Shown here piece by piece: positions 57,248 through 64,000 of a DNA stretch of 64,000 nt. The translations under genes and the position numbers were made by a program. Position 1 is the stretch's first letter; the number at the start of each line of letters is the position of its first letter. The notes below the pieces were generated by a model. That model did not search any database, had not been told where the DNA came from, and was given only the letters and a program-made list of their open reading frames with translations. The DNA is from Clostridia bacterium (GTDB lineage: Bacteria; Bacillota; DSM-521; Neomoorellales; SLTJ01), in contig SLTJ01000013.1 in assembly GCA_004347685.1 (NCBI GenBank), positions 1,655 to 65,654 on the forward strand, written 5' to 3'.

Positions 57248-57384
57248 GTAACTACTCAGGCCACCGCCTGTCACCGCCTTTGAGCGCGGCCTCGCCGTCA
57301 CTTTCGCGCAGCCCGATAACCCGGCTAGCGTCTTCAGCCGTTCGCCGCCAGAACCCGACCCGCCTGACAGGCTGAGTAGTTAAC
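57248..57384 (-). repeat. TIR-bounded intergenic element, copy A (leuS leader)
   Basis: 137 nt. Termini GTTAACTACTCAGCC ... GGCCTGAGTAGTTAC (read on the minus strand) are inverted repeats. Homologous to 53499-53619. Confidence 0.8.
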
Positions 57385-57393
57385 ATTCATTGG

Positions 57394-57738
57394 CTACATT
57401 TCCACCACGGCCGCATCACCCCACAGGTGTTCCAGGTCGTAGAAAAGCCGTTCTCCCGGCTGGAAAATGTGCACTACCACTTCCCCGTAATCCAGCAGGA
57501 TCCACCTGGCGTGCTGGTACCCCTCCCGCCGCACTGCCTGGTATCCTCGCGCCTTTAATTCCATCAGAATACCGTCGGCGACGGCCTGGGCGTGTACGGT
57601 GGAGGTGGCGCTGGCAATGATAAAGTAATCCGCCACCAGGCTGATGCCGTGCAAATCCAGTACCACCACGTCCATGGCCTTGTGTTCCCGGGCCACCCGG
57701 CAGATACGGGCCGCTACTTCCTTTGCGGTTTCGGCGAT
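57394..57738 (-). CDS. rsfS: ribosomal silencing factor RsfS
   Basis: DVVVLDLHGISLVADYFIIASATS ... WILLDYGEVVVHIF. The N-terminal helix is encoded upstream of the first canonical start (GTG 57696). Start at ATC 57738 is inferred. Confidence 0.85.
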   Translation of the reverse strand: MAETAKEVAARICRVAREHKAMDVVVLDLHGISLVADYFIIASATSTVHAQAVADGILMELKARGYQAVRREGYQHARWILLDYGEVVVHIFQPGERLFYDLEHLWGDAAVVEM

Positions 57739-57741
57739 AAC

Positions 57742-58383
57742 TTATCCCTCCTCATCATTGGCCTGCAGACAGTACAGGCTATTTTTCTTAATATATTGTT
57801 CCACCGCTTCGGGCAGCAAGTATTTAATGGACTTACCCCTTTCGACCCGGCGGCGAATATCCGTAGAAGATATGGCCAGGGCCGGGACCTCCAGGGTAAA
57901 AATTCGTTCCCCCACCAGAGAGACTAGGCTGCCCAGCCTCTGCCCCATGTCCGTCAGGCTGAAACCGGGCCGGGAGGCAGCGATAATATAGCAGTTGGCC
58001 AGAAGCTCGTCAACTCCCTTCCAGGTGAGGATCTCCAGGCAGGCGTCGGCGCCGGTAATAAAGAAGATATCCGTCCCCCCCCCGTAGCCACGGCGAAATT
58101 CGGCCACGGTGTCTACTGTATAAGAATAACCGGGCCGGTCGAGCTCGGTCCGGGAGACCTCAAACCATGAATTGGTGGCCACGGCGAGAACGGTCATCAG
58201 GTACCGGTGCCGGGCCGGACTGATATCCCTCACCTTCTTGTGAGGGGGGCGGCCGGACGGGATAAAGACTACTTTGTCCAGAGCCAACTCGGTACGCGCG
58301 GTTTCGGCCGTAACCAGGTGTCCGTAGTGGATCGGGTCAAAGGTTCCGCCCATTATTCCCAAACGGCGCACGCGAGCCTGCAT
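57742..58383 (-). CDS. nadD: nicotinate-nucleotide adenylyltransferase
   Basis: [18 protein letters not shown] ... [10 protein letters not shown]. Confidence 0.93.
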   Translation of the reverse strand: MQARVRRLGIMGGTFDPIHYGHLVTAETARTELALDKVVFIPSGRPPHKKVRDISPARHRYLMTVLAVATNSWFEVSRTELDRPGYSYTVDTVAEFRRGYGGGTDIFFITGADACLEILTWKGVDELLANCYIIAASRPGFSLTDMGQRLGSLVSLVGERIFTLEVPALAISSTDIRRRVERGKSIKYLLPEAVEQYIKKNSLYCLQANDEEG

Positions 58384-58479
58384 CCTTTTCCCTGCCTCTC
58401 TTCCCCATAATAGCACGTTAGCCGGTCTCCTGACAAGTTTTTGCGACCAGATCGAAGGGAATCTACACCATCAGTCCGA

Positions 58480-58508
58480 TTCCCAACCGCGAAAGATGTC
58501 GCTATAAT
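58480..58508 (+). promoter_or_regulatory. sigma-A promoter for HU-like gene
   Basis: TTCCCA, 17 nt spacer, TATAAT. Confidence 0.6.
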
Positions 58509-58553
58509 GCACCTAAGTTCAGGGCCCCGGCAAAAAACGTGAGGATGGTGAGT

Positions 58554-58829
58554 ATGACCAAACAAGAACTGATCAAATCCGTGGCCAGCGCCACTGGCTT
58601 AAACAAAAAAACAGCCCGCCAGGGGCTGGAAGCCGTTCTGAGCGGGCTGGTGGAAAGCCTGCAAGTGGGTGAGAAGGTCAAAGTAGTGGGTTTTGGTACC
58701 TTTGCCACCGCCCAGCGAGCTTCCAGAACGGCCATCAACCTCCAGACCATGGAAAGGGTGACCGTGCCCCCGCGGCGGGTGGTTACATTTTCCGCCGGCA
58801 CCCCCTTAAAGGCCAGAATTCGCCAATAA
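58554..58829 (+). CDS. hup: HU/IHF-family DNA-binding protein, divergent arm
   Basis: MTKQELIKSVASATGLNKKTARQGLEAVL ... VGFGTF. The arm reads RASRTAINLQTMERVTVPP in place of the RKGRNPQTGE motif. Confidence 0.85.
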   Translation: MTKQELIKSVASATGLNKKTARQGLEAVLSGLVESLQVGEKVKVVGFGTFATAQRASRTAINLQTMERVTVPPRRVVTFSAGTPLKARIRQ

Positions 58830-58902
58830 CCGTCCGGGGTATAGACCTAGCTTCACCGCAGACGCCGCGCGTCCGGGGGAGACCGGGGCCCCTCTCCTGC
58901 CG

Positions 58903-60159
58903 CTACTCCCGGATTTGCCCGTGGCCGTAAACGATAAACTTGGTGGTAGTGAGGGCTTCTAGGCCCATGGGCCCGCGGGCATGGAGCTTCTGGGTGCTGA
59001 TGCCGATCTCGGCCCCCAGGCCGTATTGGAAGCCGTCGGTAAAACGGGTGGAGGCATTGACATAGACGGCGGCGGCGTCAACTGTGGCCAGAAATTTCCG
59101 CGCCCGGCTGTAGTTTTCCGTGACAATGGCCTCAGAATGGCCGGTGCTGTACTGCCGGATGTGCTCCAGGGCGGCAGGAAAACTGTCCACCACCCGCACG
59201 GCCAGGATCAGGTCCAGGTACTCGGTGGCCCAGTCTTCCTCCGTGGCCGCCCCGATTCCCGACAGGATTTCCCGCGTCCGCGGACAGCCGCGCAATTCTA
59301 CCCCTTTTGCTGTCAACTCCGTCGCCACCATAGGCAGGTAGACGCCAGCCACCTTTTCGTGCACCAGCAACGTCTCCATGGCATTACAAACGCCGGGCCG
59401 CTGGGTCTTGGCATTAACCACAATGCGCACGGCCATATCGAGGTCGGCGAATTCATCCACGTACACGTGGCAGTTGCCCACCCCGGTCTCGACAACCGGC
59501 ACGCTGGCCTGCTCCACCACCGCCCGGATCAGCCCTGCCCCGCCCCGGGGGATCAACACGTCCAGGTATTCCCGCAGGCGGAGCATGGCGTTCACCGCCT
59601 CCCGGTCGGTGGTTTCGATGAGCTGGATGCTGCCTGGCGGCAGCCCAGCGCCCTCAGCCGCCTCGGCCGCCACCCGGGCCAGGGCCACGTTGGAATTTAT
59701 GGCCTCAGACCCGCCGCGCAAAAGCACCGCGTTGCCGGTCTTGACACAAAGACCTGCCGCGTCCACCGTGACGTTGGGCCGCGCCTCGTAAATCATTCCC
59801 ACCACCCCCAGGGGCACCCGCTGGCGACCGATCTGCAGCCCGTTGGGCCGCGTCCACATGGCGATTACCTCCCCCACGGGATCAGGCAGGGAGATCAAGG
59901 CCCGCAGGGAGGCCGCCATTTCCTCCAGTCGTTTCTCGTTGAGAAGCAGCCGGTCCAGCAAAGCCGGTGACAGGCCGGCCGCCCGGCCGGCTTCCATATC
60001 GGTGGCGTTGGCGGCCAGGATTTCGCCCGCCCGCTCGCTTAAAGAACGCGCCACGGCCTCCAGGGCCCGGTCCTTGACGTCGCTGGGCAAGGTGGCCAGC
60101 CGGTAAGCAGCCTCCTTAGCCCGTTTGGCCTTCTGGGTCACTTCCTCATGAATAGACAT
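58903..60159 (-). CDS. proA: gamma-glutamyl phosphate reductase
   Basis: 418 aa: aldehyde dehydrogenase fold with VCNAMETLLVH and HSEAIVT. Confidence 0.96.
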   Translation of the reverse strand: MSIHEEVTQKAKRAKEAAYRLATLPSDVKDRALEAVARSLSERAGEILAANATDMEAGRAAGLSPALLDRLLLNEKRLEEMAASLRALISLPDPVGEVIAMWTRPNGLQIGRQRVPLGVVGMIYEARPNVTVDAAGLCVKTGNAVLLRGGSEAINSNVALARVAAEAAEGAGLPPGSIQLIETTDREAVNAMLRLREYLDVLIPRGGAGLIRAVVEQASVPVVETGVGNCHVYVDEFADLDMAVRIVVNAKTQRPGVCNAMETLLVHEKVAGVYLPMVATELTAKGVELRGCPRTREILSGIGAATEEDWATEYLDLILAVRVVDSFPAALEHIRQYSTGHSEAIVTENYSRARKFLATVDAAAVYVNASTRFTDGFQYGLGAEIGISTQKLHARGPMGLEALTTTKFIVYGHGQIRE

Positions 60160-60248
60160 GCACTTTACCTCCTATCTCACCTCTCAAACCCGCCGCCAAC
60201 CCAGACGCCAGCCCTGCCGCCCGGCAGAAGAATTTCAGCGTCCGTCTC

Positions 60249-61409
60249 CTAGCCTGGCGCCTGTTCTCTGGCCCCCAAGTCCCGCTGCAGCACCAGGTTA
60301 TCGCGGTGGATGATCTCGTCATAGTCCTTATAACCCAAGACAGCTTCAATCTCGTGGCTTTGCCGGCCCTTCAACCTTTCCACCTCTGCCGAACCATAAT
60401 TCACCATGCCCCGGGCAATTTCCTGCCCGGCAGGGCCGATAACGCTCACCACCTGGCCAGGGGCAAAAGTCCCGCGCACGCCGCCCACCCCCGACGGGAG
60501 CAGGCTCTTCCCATAAAGCAAAACCGCCCGGGCCGCGCCAGCATCCACCCAGATCTGCCCCCGTACCGGCTGGGCAAAGGCTATCCAGTGTTTGCGGGCC
60601 GGTAGGGCCCGGCCCCGGGCCGCAAAAAAGGTCCCCCGGGGCAACCCCTGGGCCAGGGCCATCAGCACCCCCTTTTCCCTGCCGGAAGCCACCACCAGGG
60701 GAATACCGGCCGCCTGAGCGATCTTGGCCGCAGCGACTTTGGTGGCCATCCCACCGGTGGCCAGGGACGAACCCGGCCGGCCAGCCAGCCCCTCGATCTC
60801 CGGGGTTATCTCTTCTACCAGCGGGATGAGCTGCGCCCGGCTGTCCACCTTGGGATCAGCATTGTAAAGGCCGCCAGTGTCGGTAAGGATAACCACCAAG
60901 TCCGCATCAGCCAGACCGGCTACCAAGGCCGCCAGGGTATCGTTGTCGCCGAAGCGGATTTCTTCCACGGCCACGGTGTCGTTTTCGTTGACAATGGGAA
61001 GCACGCGAAAGTCCAGCAGGGTAAGAAAGGTATGACGTGCATTCAGGTAGCGGGTGCGGTCCTCCACATCCTGGCGGGTGAGCAAGATCTGGCCCACCAC
61101 GCGCCCGTACTGCTCAAAAAGCTGTTCGTACAGGCGCATGAGCACCCCCTGGCCCACCGCGGCCACCGCCTGTTTTTCCGGCAAAGTCTGCGGGCGGCAA
61201 GTCAGGCCCAGCCGGCCCATACCGGCCCCCACGGCTCCCGAGGTTACCAGGATGATATCCCGGCCCGTATCGGCTACGCTGGCCAGTTCTGCTACCAGTT
61301 GTGACATGTGCTCCGTGTCTATCCGGCCATCAGCGTGAGTCAAGATGCTGGTCCCCACCTTGACCACCAGCCGGCGGGCCGCGCTCAAGCAGGCCGTATA
61401 CTCCACCAA
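60249..61409 (-). CDS. proB: glutamate 5-kinase with PUA domain
   Basis: RRLVVKVGTS ... VTSGAVGAG ... C-terminal PUA domain. TTG start after GGAGG. Confidence 0.95.
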   Translation of the reverse strand: MVEYTACLSAARRLVVKVGTSILTHADGRIDTEHMSQLVAELASVADTGRDIILVTSGAVGAGMGRLGLTCRPQTLPEKQAVAAVGQGVLMRLYEQLFEQYGRVVGQILLTRQDVEDRTRYLNARHTFLTLLDFRVLPIVNENDTVAVEEIRFGDNDTLAALVAGLADADLVVILTDTGGLYNADPKVDSRAQLIPLVEEITPEIEGLAGRPGSSLATGGMATKVAAAKIAQAAGIPLVVASGREKGVLMALAQGLPRGTFFAARGRALPARKHWIAFAQPVRGQIWVDAGAARAVLLYGKSLLPSGVGGVRGTFAPGQVVSVIGPAGQEIARGMVNYGSAEVERLKGRQSHEIEAVLGYKDYDEIIHRDNLVLQRDLGAREQAPG

Positions 61410-61421
61410 GCACGCCTCCGA

Positions 61422-62414
61422 TTACCGCAAAGGTTCCTTCAACATTCCGGCCAGGTGCCGGACCAAATCTTCCAGCCCGGCCCCAGTAACGCCGGAAACC
61501 GGCCAAACGTGCCCCCCGGGCACGTGGGCCGCCAGAATGGCCAGGCCTTCTTCCGCGCCGGGGACATCTATCTTGCTGGCCACGACCAGGCGCGGCTTCT
61601 CCGGCAGGCCGTGGCCGTAAAGCTCCAGCTCCCGCTCCACCGTCACCATACTGGCCACCACGTCCTGCCCGGGAGACACATCCACCACCTGGACCAGTAC
61701 CCGGGTCCGTTCGATGTGCCGTAAGAATTCATGGCCCAGCCCGGCCCCCGCATGGGCCCCGGCAATAAGCCCTGGGATGTCGGCCATGACAAAGCTCACG
61801 CCGTAGTCCACCTTCACCACCCCCAGCACCGGCGCCAAGGTGGTAAAGGGATAATCGGCGATCTTGGGCCGGGCCGCCGACAGGCGGCTCAGCAAGGTGG
61901 ACTTACCGGCATTGGGCAGGCCGACCAGACCCACATCCGCCAGCAGTTTGAGTTCCAGGTCCAGCCACCGTTCTTCCCCTGGCTGGCCTTCTTCAGCCCG
62001 GCGCGGCGCGCGGTCAGTCGGCGTGACAAACCTGGCGTTGCCCCGGCCGCCCCGGCCGCCCCTGGCCACCAGCACCTGCTGCCCGGCCTCCGTCAGGTCA
62101 GCCGCCACCTCGCCGGTATGAACGTCACGCACCACGGTTCCGACCGGCACCTTGATCACGATATCTTCGCCGCCCGCACCGTGCATATTCTTGCCCTGGC
62201 CGTGCTGGCCGCGGCCGGCCTGGTAGGTATGGCGGTAGCGAAAGTCAATCAGGGTCCACAATCCTGGATCCGCCTGCAGGTAGACATCTCCACCCTTGCC
62301 ACCATCACCACCGCTGGGGCCGCCACGGGGAACGTACTTCTCCCGACGAAAGGCGATAATGCCGTTCCCACCGCCTCCGGCCTGCACCCGGATCCGCACC
62401 CGATCAAAAAACAT
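61422..62414 (-). CDS. obg: GTPase Obg (lacks C-terminal OCT/TGS-like domain)
   Basis: [18 protein letters not shown] ... GLPNAGKST ... DIPGLI. 330 aa, ending right after the G domain. Confidence 0.95.
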   Translation of the reverse strand: MFFDRVRIRVQAGGGGNGIIAFRREKYVPRGGPSGGDGGKGGDVYLQADPGLWTLIDFRYRHTYQAGRGQHGQGKNMHGAGGEDIVIKVPVGTVVRDVHTGEVAADLTEAGQQVLVARGGRGGRGNARFVTPTDRAPRRAEEGQPGEERWLDLELKLLADVGLVGLPNAGKSTLLSRLSAARPKIADYPFTTLAPVLGVVKVDYGVSFVMADIPGLIAGAHAGAGLGHEFLRHIERTRVLVQVVDVSPGQDVVASMVTVERELELYGHGLPEKPRLVVASKIDVPGAEEGLAILAAHVPGGHVWPVSGVTGAGLEDLVRHLAGMLKEPLR

Positions 62415-62542
62415 GCCATCACCTTAACTAAGAACTGGAAATCAGACGTTGGGGGGGTGAGCCACCGCTCCTTTTTCATCCTCTGCTGGCGGCTCTGGGG
62501 GCGTCAAAACACCGGGAGACAGCAGCCGCCAGCCTGACAGGT

Positions 62543-63100
62543 TTACCCCTTACTGGGCCAGCTCAAGGTTACCAGGTACGTATCCGACCTATTCTCGTGG
62601 ATTAAGTTGAGCTGGCCGGCAAATTCTTCTCCCGGCCACTGGGGCGGGTGAGAGGTGTGATGGCGGTCATGCGGCACCGCGAGGCTCATCCGATACCGCT
62701 CACCCACCTGTTCCATCCGGAGGCTGATCTGCCTTTCATCATCTCCCAGGCCTCTGATATAACCCATGGCCGCCTGCCAGAGCCTTTCCATGGCCACTAA
62801 CGCCGGTCCTCTATCCCCTGACCAGTCGCCAAAATCGGTGGCCACTTCATACCGAAGATCAATCTGCCCATCTTCAGCCTCGATCAGGTGGCGCAACAAG
62901 AACACAGCCACCTCGGTAACCTTGATTCTAAAAATTGCTCCTAGAAGTTCCAGGTCATAGCTTACCTGCTGGATGTATTCCGTAACCCGCTCCGGGCGGC
63001 CTAATTGAATAAAGCCGGAAACGACCTGCAGGTGATTGAGGAAGTCATGACGCTGGCGGCGCAAGAATTGCAGGAGCACGCTTTCAGAATCAACAGCCAT
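62543..63100 (-). CDS. spo0B: Spo0B-like sporulation phosphotransferase
   Basis: LLQFLRRQRHDFLNHLQVVSGFIQLGR aligns with the B. subtilis Spo0B H30 helix (HSRHDWMNKLQLIKG). LRYEV aligns with LEYEV. Sits upstream of obg as in Bacillus. Confidence 0.75.
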   Translation of the reverse strand: MAVDSESVLLQFLRRQRHDFLNHLQVVSGFIQLGRPERVTEYIQQVSYDLELLGAIFRIKVTEVAVFLLRHLIEAEDGQIDLRYEVATDFGDWSGDRGPALVAMERLWQAAMGYIRGLGDDERQISLRMEQVGERYRMSLAVPHDRHHTSHPPQWPGEEFAGQLNLIHENRSDTYLVTLSWPSKG

Positions 63101-63150
63101 ACAACATCAACTCCTCGGGTACAATACTCCTACATCCTATTCGCCTCATG

Positions 63151-63624
63151 TTAATGTTTTCCTGCCAGCGTCCAGACCATTTCGACATCCTGAGCCGAAG
63201 ATGTCGCCACCCTTATGCTGCTCTCCGGCCGCCCATTCCGGGAGAGCCCCCACGTCTCCAGCCCTACCACCGGGATGCCTGCTTTCAAGGCCAGGCCGAT
63301 TTCAGATAAGGTGCCATAGCCGCCGGCAATGGCTATCACCGCCTCGCTGGAGCGCACGACAATGGCATTACGCGCTTCTCCCATCCCGGTGACTATGCTG
63401 GCCGTGAGGAAGCGGTTGGCCCCGACCCGGTCCGGGCCAGGAAGGATGCCGATGCACATGCCGCCGGCCGCCCGGCACCCGGCCGCCGCGGCCTCCATGA
63501 CCCCGCCCAGCCCGCCGCAAATCATAATTGCTCCGTGCCGGGCAATTTCTTCACCCACCTGGTAGGCCAGGTCCCAGATCGTGGAGTCACATTCGCCGGC
63601 CCCAATTACCCCCAAATAGACCAT
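63151..63624 (-). CDS. TIGR00725 / LOG-like Rossmann-fold protein
   Basis: VYLGVIGAG ... ICGGLGGVMEAAAAG ... AIAGGYGTLSEIGLALKAGIPVVGL. Start ATG 63624. Confidence 0.8.
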   Translation of the reverse strand: MVYLGVIGAGECDSTIWDLAYQVGEEIARHGAIMICGGLGGVMEAAAAGCRAAGGMCIGILPGPDRVGANRFLTASIVTGMGEARNAIVVRSSEAVIAIAGGYGTLSEIGLALKAGIPVVGLETWGLSRNGRPESSIRVATSSAQDVEMVWTLAGKH

Positions 63625-63720
63625 CCCATCCTCTCCCGCAGCCGTTTTCCCGGACCCCTTGGCATACCCCAGCCGACCCGGCCCCTGAAACATGCTCAAC
63701 CAGGTACAGTATAACCCAGA

Positions 63721-63747
63721 GACAAAAGGAACTGGTAACCCAGTTCC
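63721..63747 (-). terminator. intrinsic terminator after rpmA
   Basis: GGAACTGG-gtta-CCAGTTCC followed by TTTTG on the minus strand. Confidence 0.65.
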
Positions 63748-63794
63748 TCCCCAACCCCTCGCTCGCCGCTACAACCCGAAACTTGGCCCGAACA

Positions 63795-64000
63795 TCAGGC
63801 TACTGGATAGACGCTAACTTGCTTTTTCTCCTTGCCCACGAGCTCAAACTTAACCTTACCGTCAACCAAGGCGAAAAGGGTATCGTCCTTCCCCAGGCCG
63901 ACGTTGAGACCAGGGTGGACCCTGGTCCCGCGCTGCCGCACCAGGATATGGCCAGCCCGGACCAGTTGCCCGTCAGACCTCTTTACCCCCAGGCGCTTGG
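63795..64000 (-). CDS. rpmA: 50S ribosomal protein L27, C-terminal part (start outside window)
   Basis: Translates to [52 protein letters not shown]. Not in the ORF track because no start codon lies inside the window. Confidence 0.92.
   Translation of the reverse strand, partial: KRLGVKRSDGQLVRAGHILVRQRGTRVHPGLNVGLGKDDTLFALVDGKVKFELVGKEKKQVSVYPVA

Noticed and set aside
57235-57393. Expected T-box riboswitch upstream of leuS
   Set aside because: I looked for the T-box 14-mer (GGGTGGTACCGCG-like), an AGAGA/K-turn and a CUN specifier context and found none. The spacer is instead a repeat element. A covariance-model scan would be decisive.

Overview
GC-rich chromosomal segment from a spore-forming Firmicute. 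Almost all genes are on the minus strand, in the conserved Bacillus/Clostridia housekeeping order: rpmA - (TIGR00725) - spo0B - obg - proBA - nadD - rsfS - leuS - comEA - htrA - holA - spoIIP - murJ - lepA - hemW - hrcA - grpE - dnaK - dnaJ - mtaB - rpsU - nfeD - pepP - floA - yqfC - yqfD - phoH - pgpH - ybeY - yqzL - recO - glyQS - ccpN - yqfL - ppdK - dgt - dnaG - sigA - four tRNAs. A truncated phage-type integrase abuts the tRNAs at the left edge. The plus-strand genes are a zur-znuACB zinc uptake operon, rpsT, an HU paralog and a Gln-rich small protein. No CRISPR array, rRNA or intact transposon was seen. I found no obvious multi-gene novel system. The points worth a second look are as follows. 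(1) Several small repeat families in intergenic RNA-level positions. One is a hairpin with compensatory stem changes followed by tandem heptads that copy the 16S anti-SD core (2 copies). Arrays of SD-like heptads occur in the opposite sense elsewhere. A 120-137 nt element with terminal inverted repeats sits 13-21 nt upstream of three start codons (leuS, htrA, znuB). (2) A perfect 27-nt inverted repeat exactly brackets the floA / Pro-rich protein / thiolase / DUF35 unit. (3) A (TTTTGGG)5 G-quadruplex motif. (4) A 1194-aa fusion of an EndoQ-like PHP nuclease to a UvrD-type helicase with its own promoter. (5) A self-contained insertion of a hexaheme cytochrome c with a cell-wall-type stalk domain plus an iron-sulfur flavoprotein. 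(6) A YbeY-Cdd fusion with dgkA and era absent, a Spo0B ortholog, a divergent HU, and an rsfS gene with no canonical start codon. Many long ORFs in the supplied track are antisense artefacts of high GC content and were rejected. All homology calls rest on motif recognition by eye, not on database searches.
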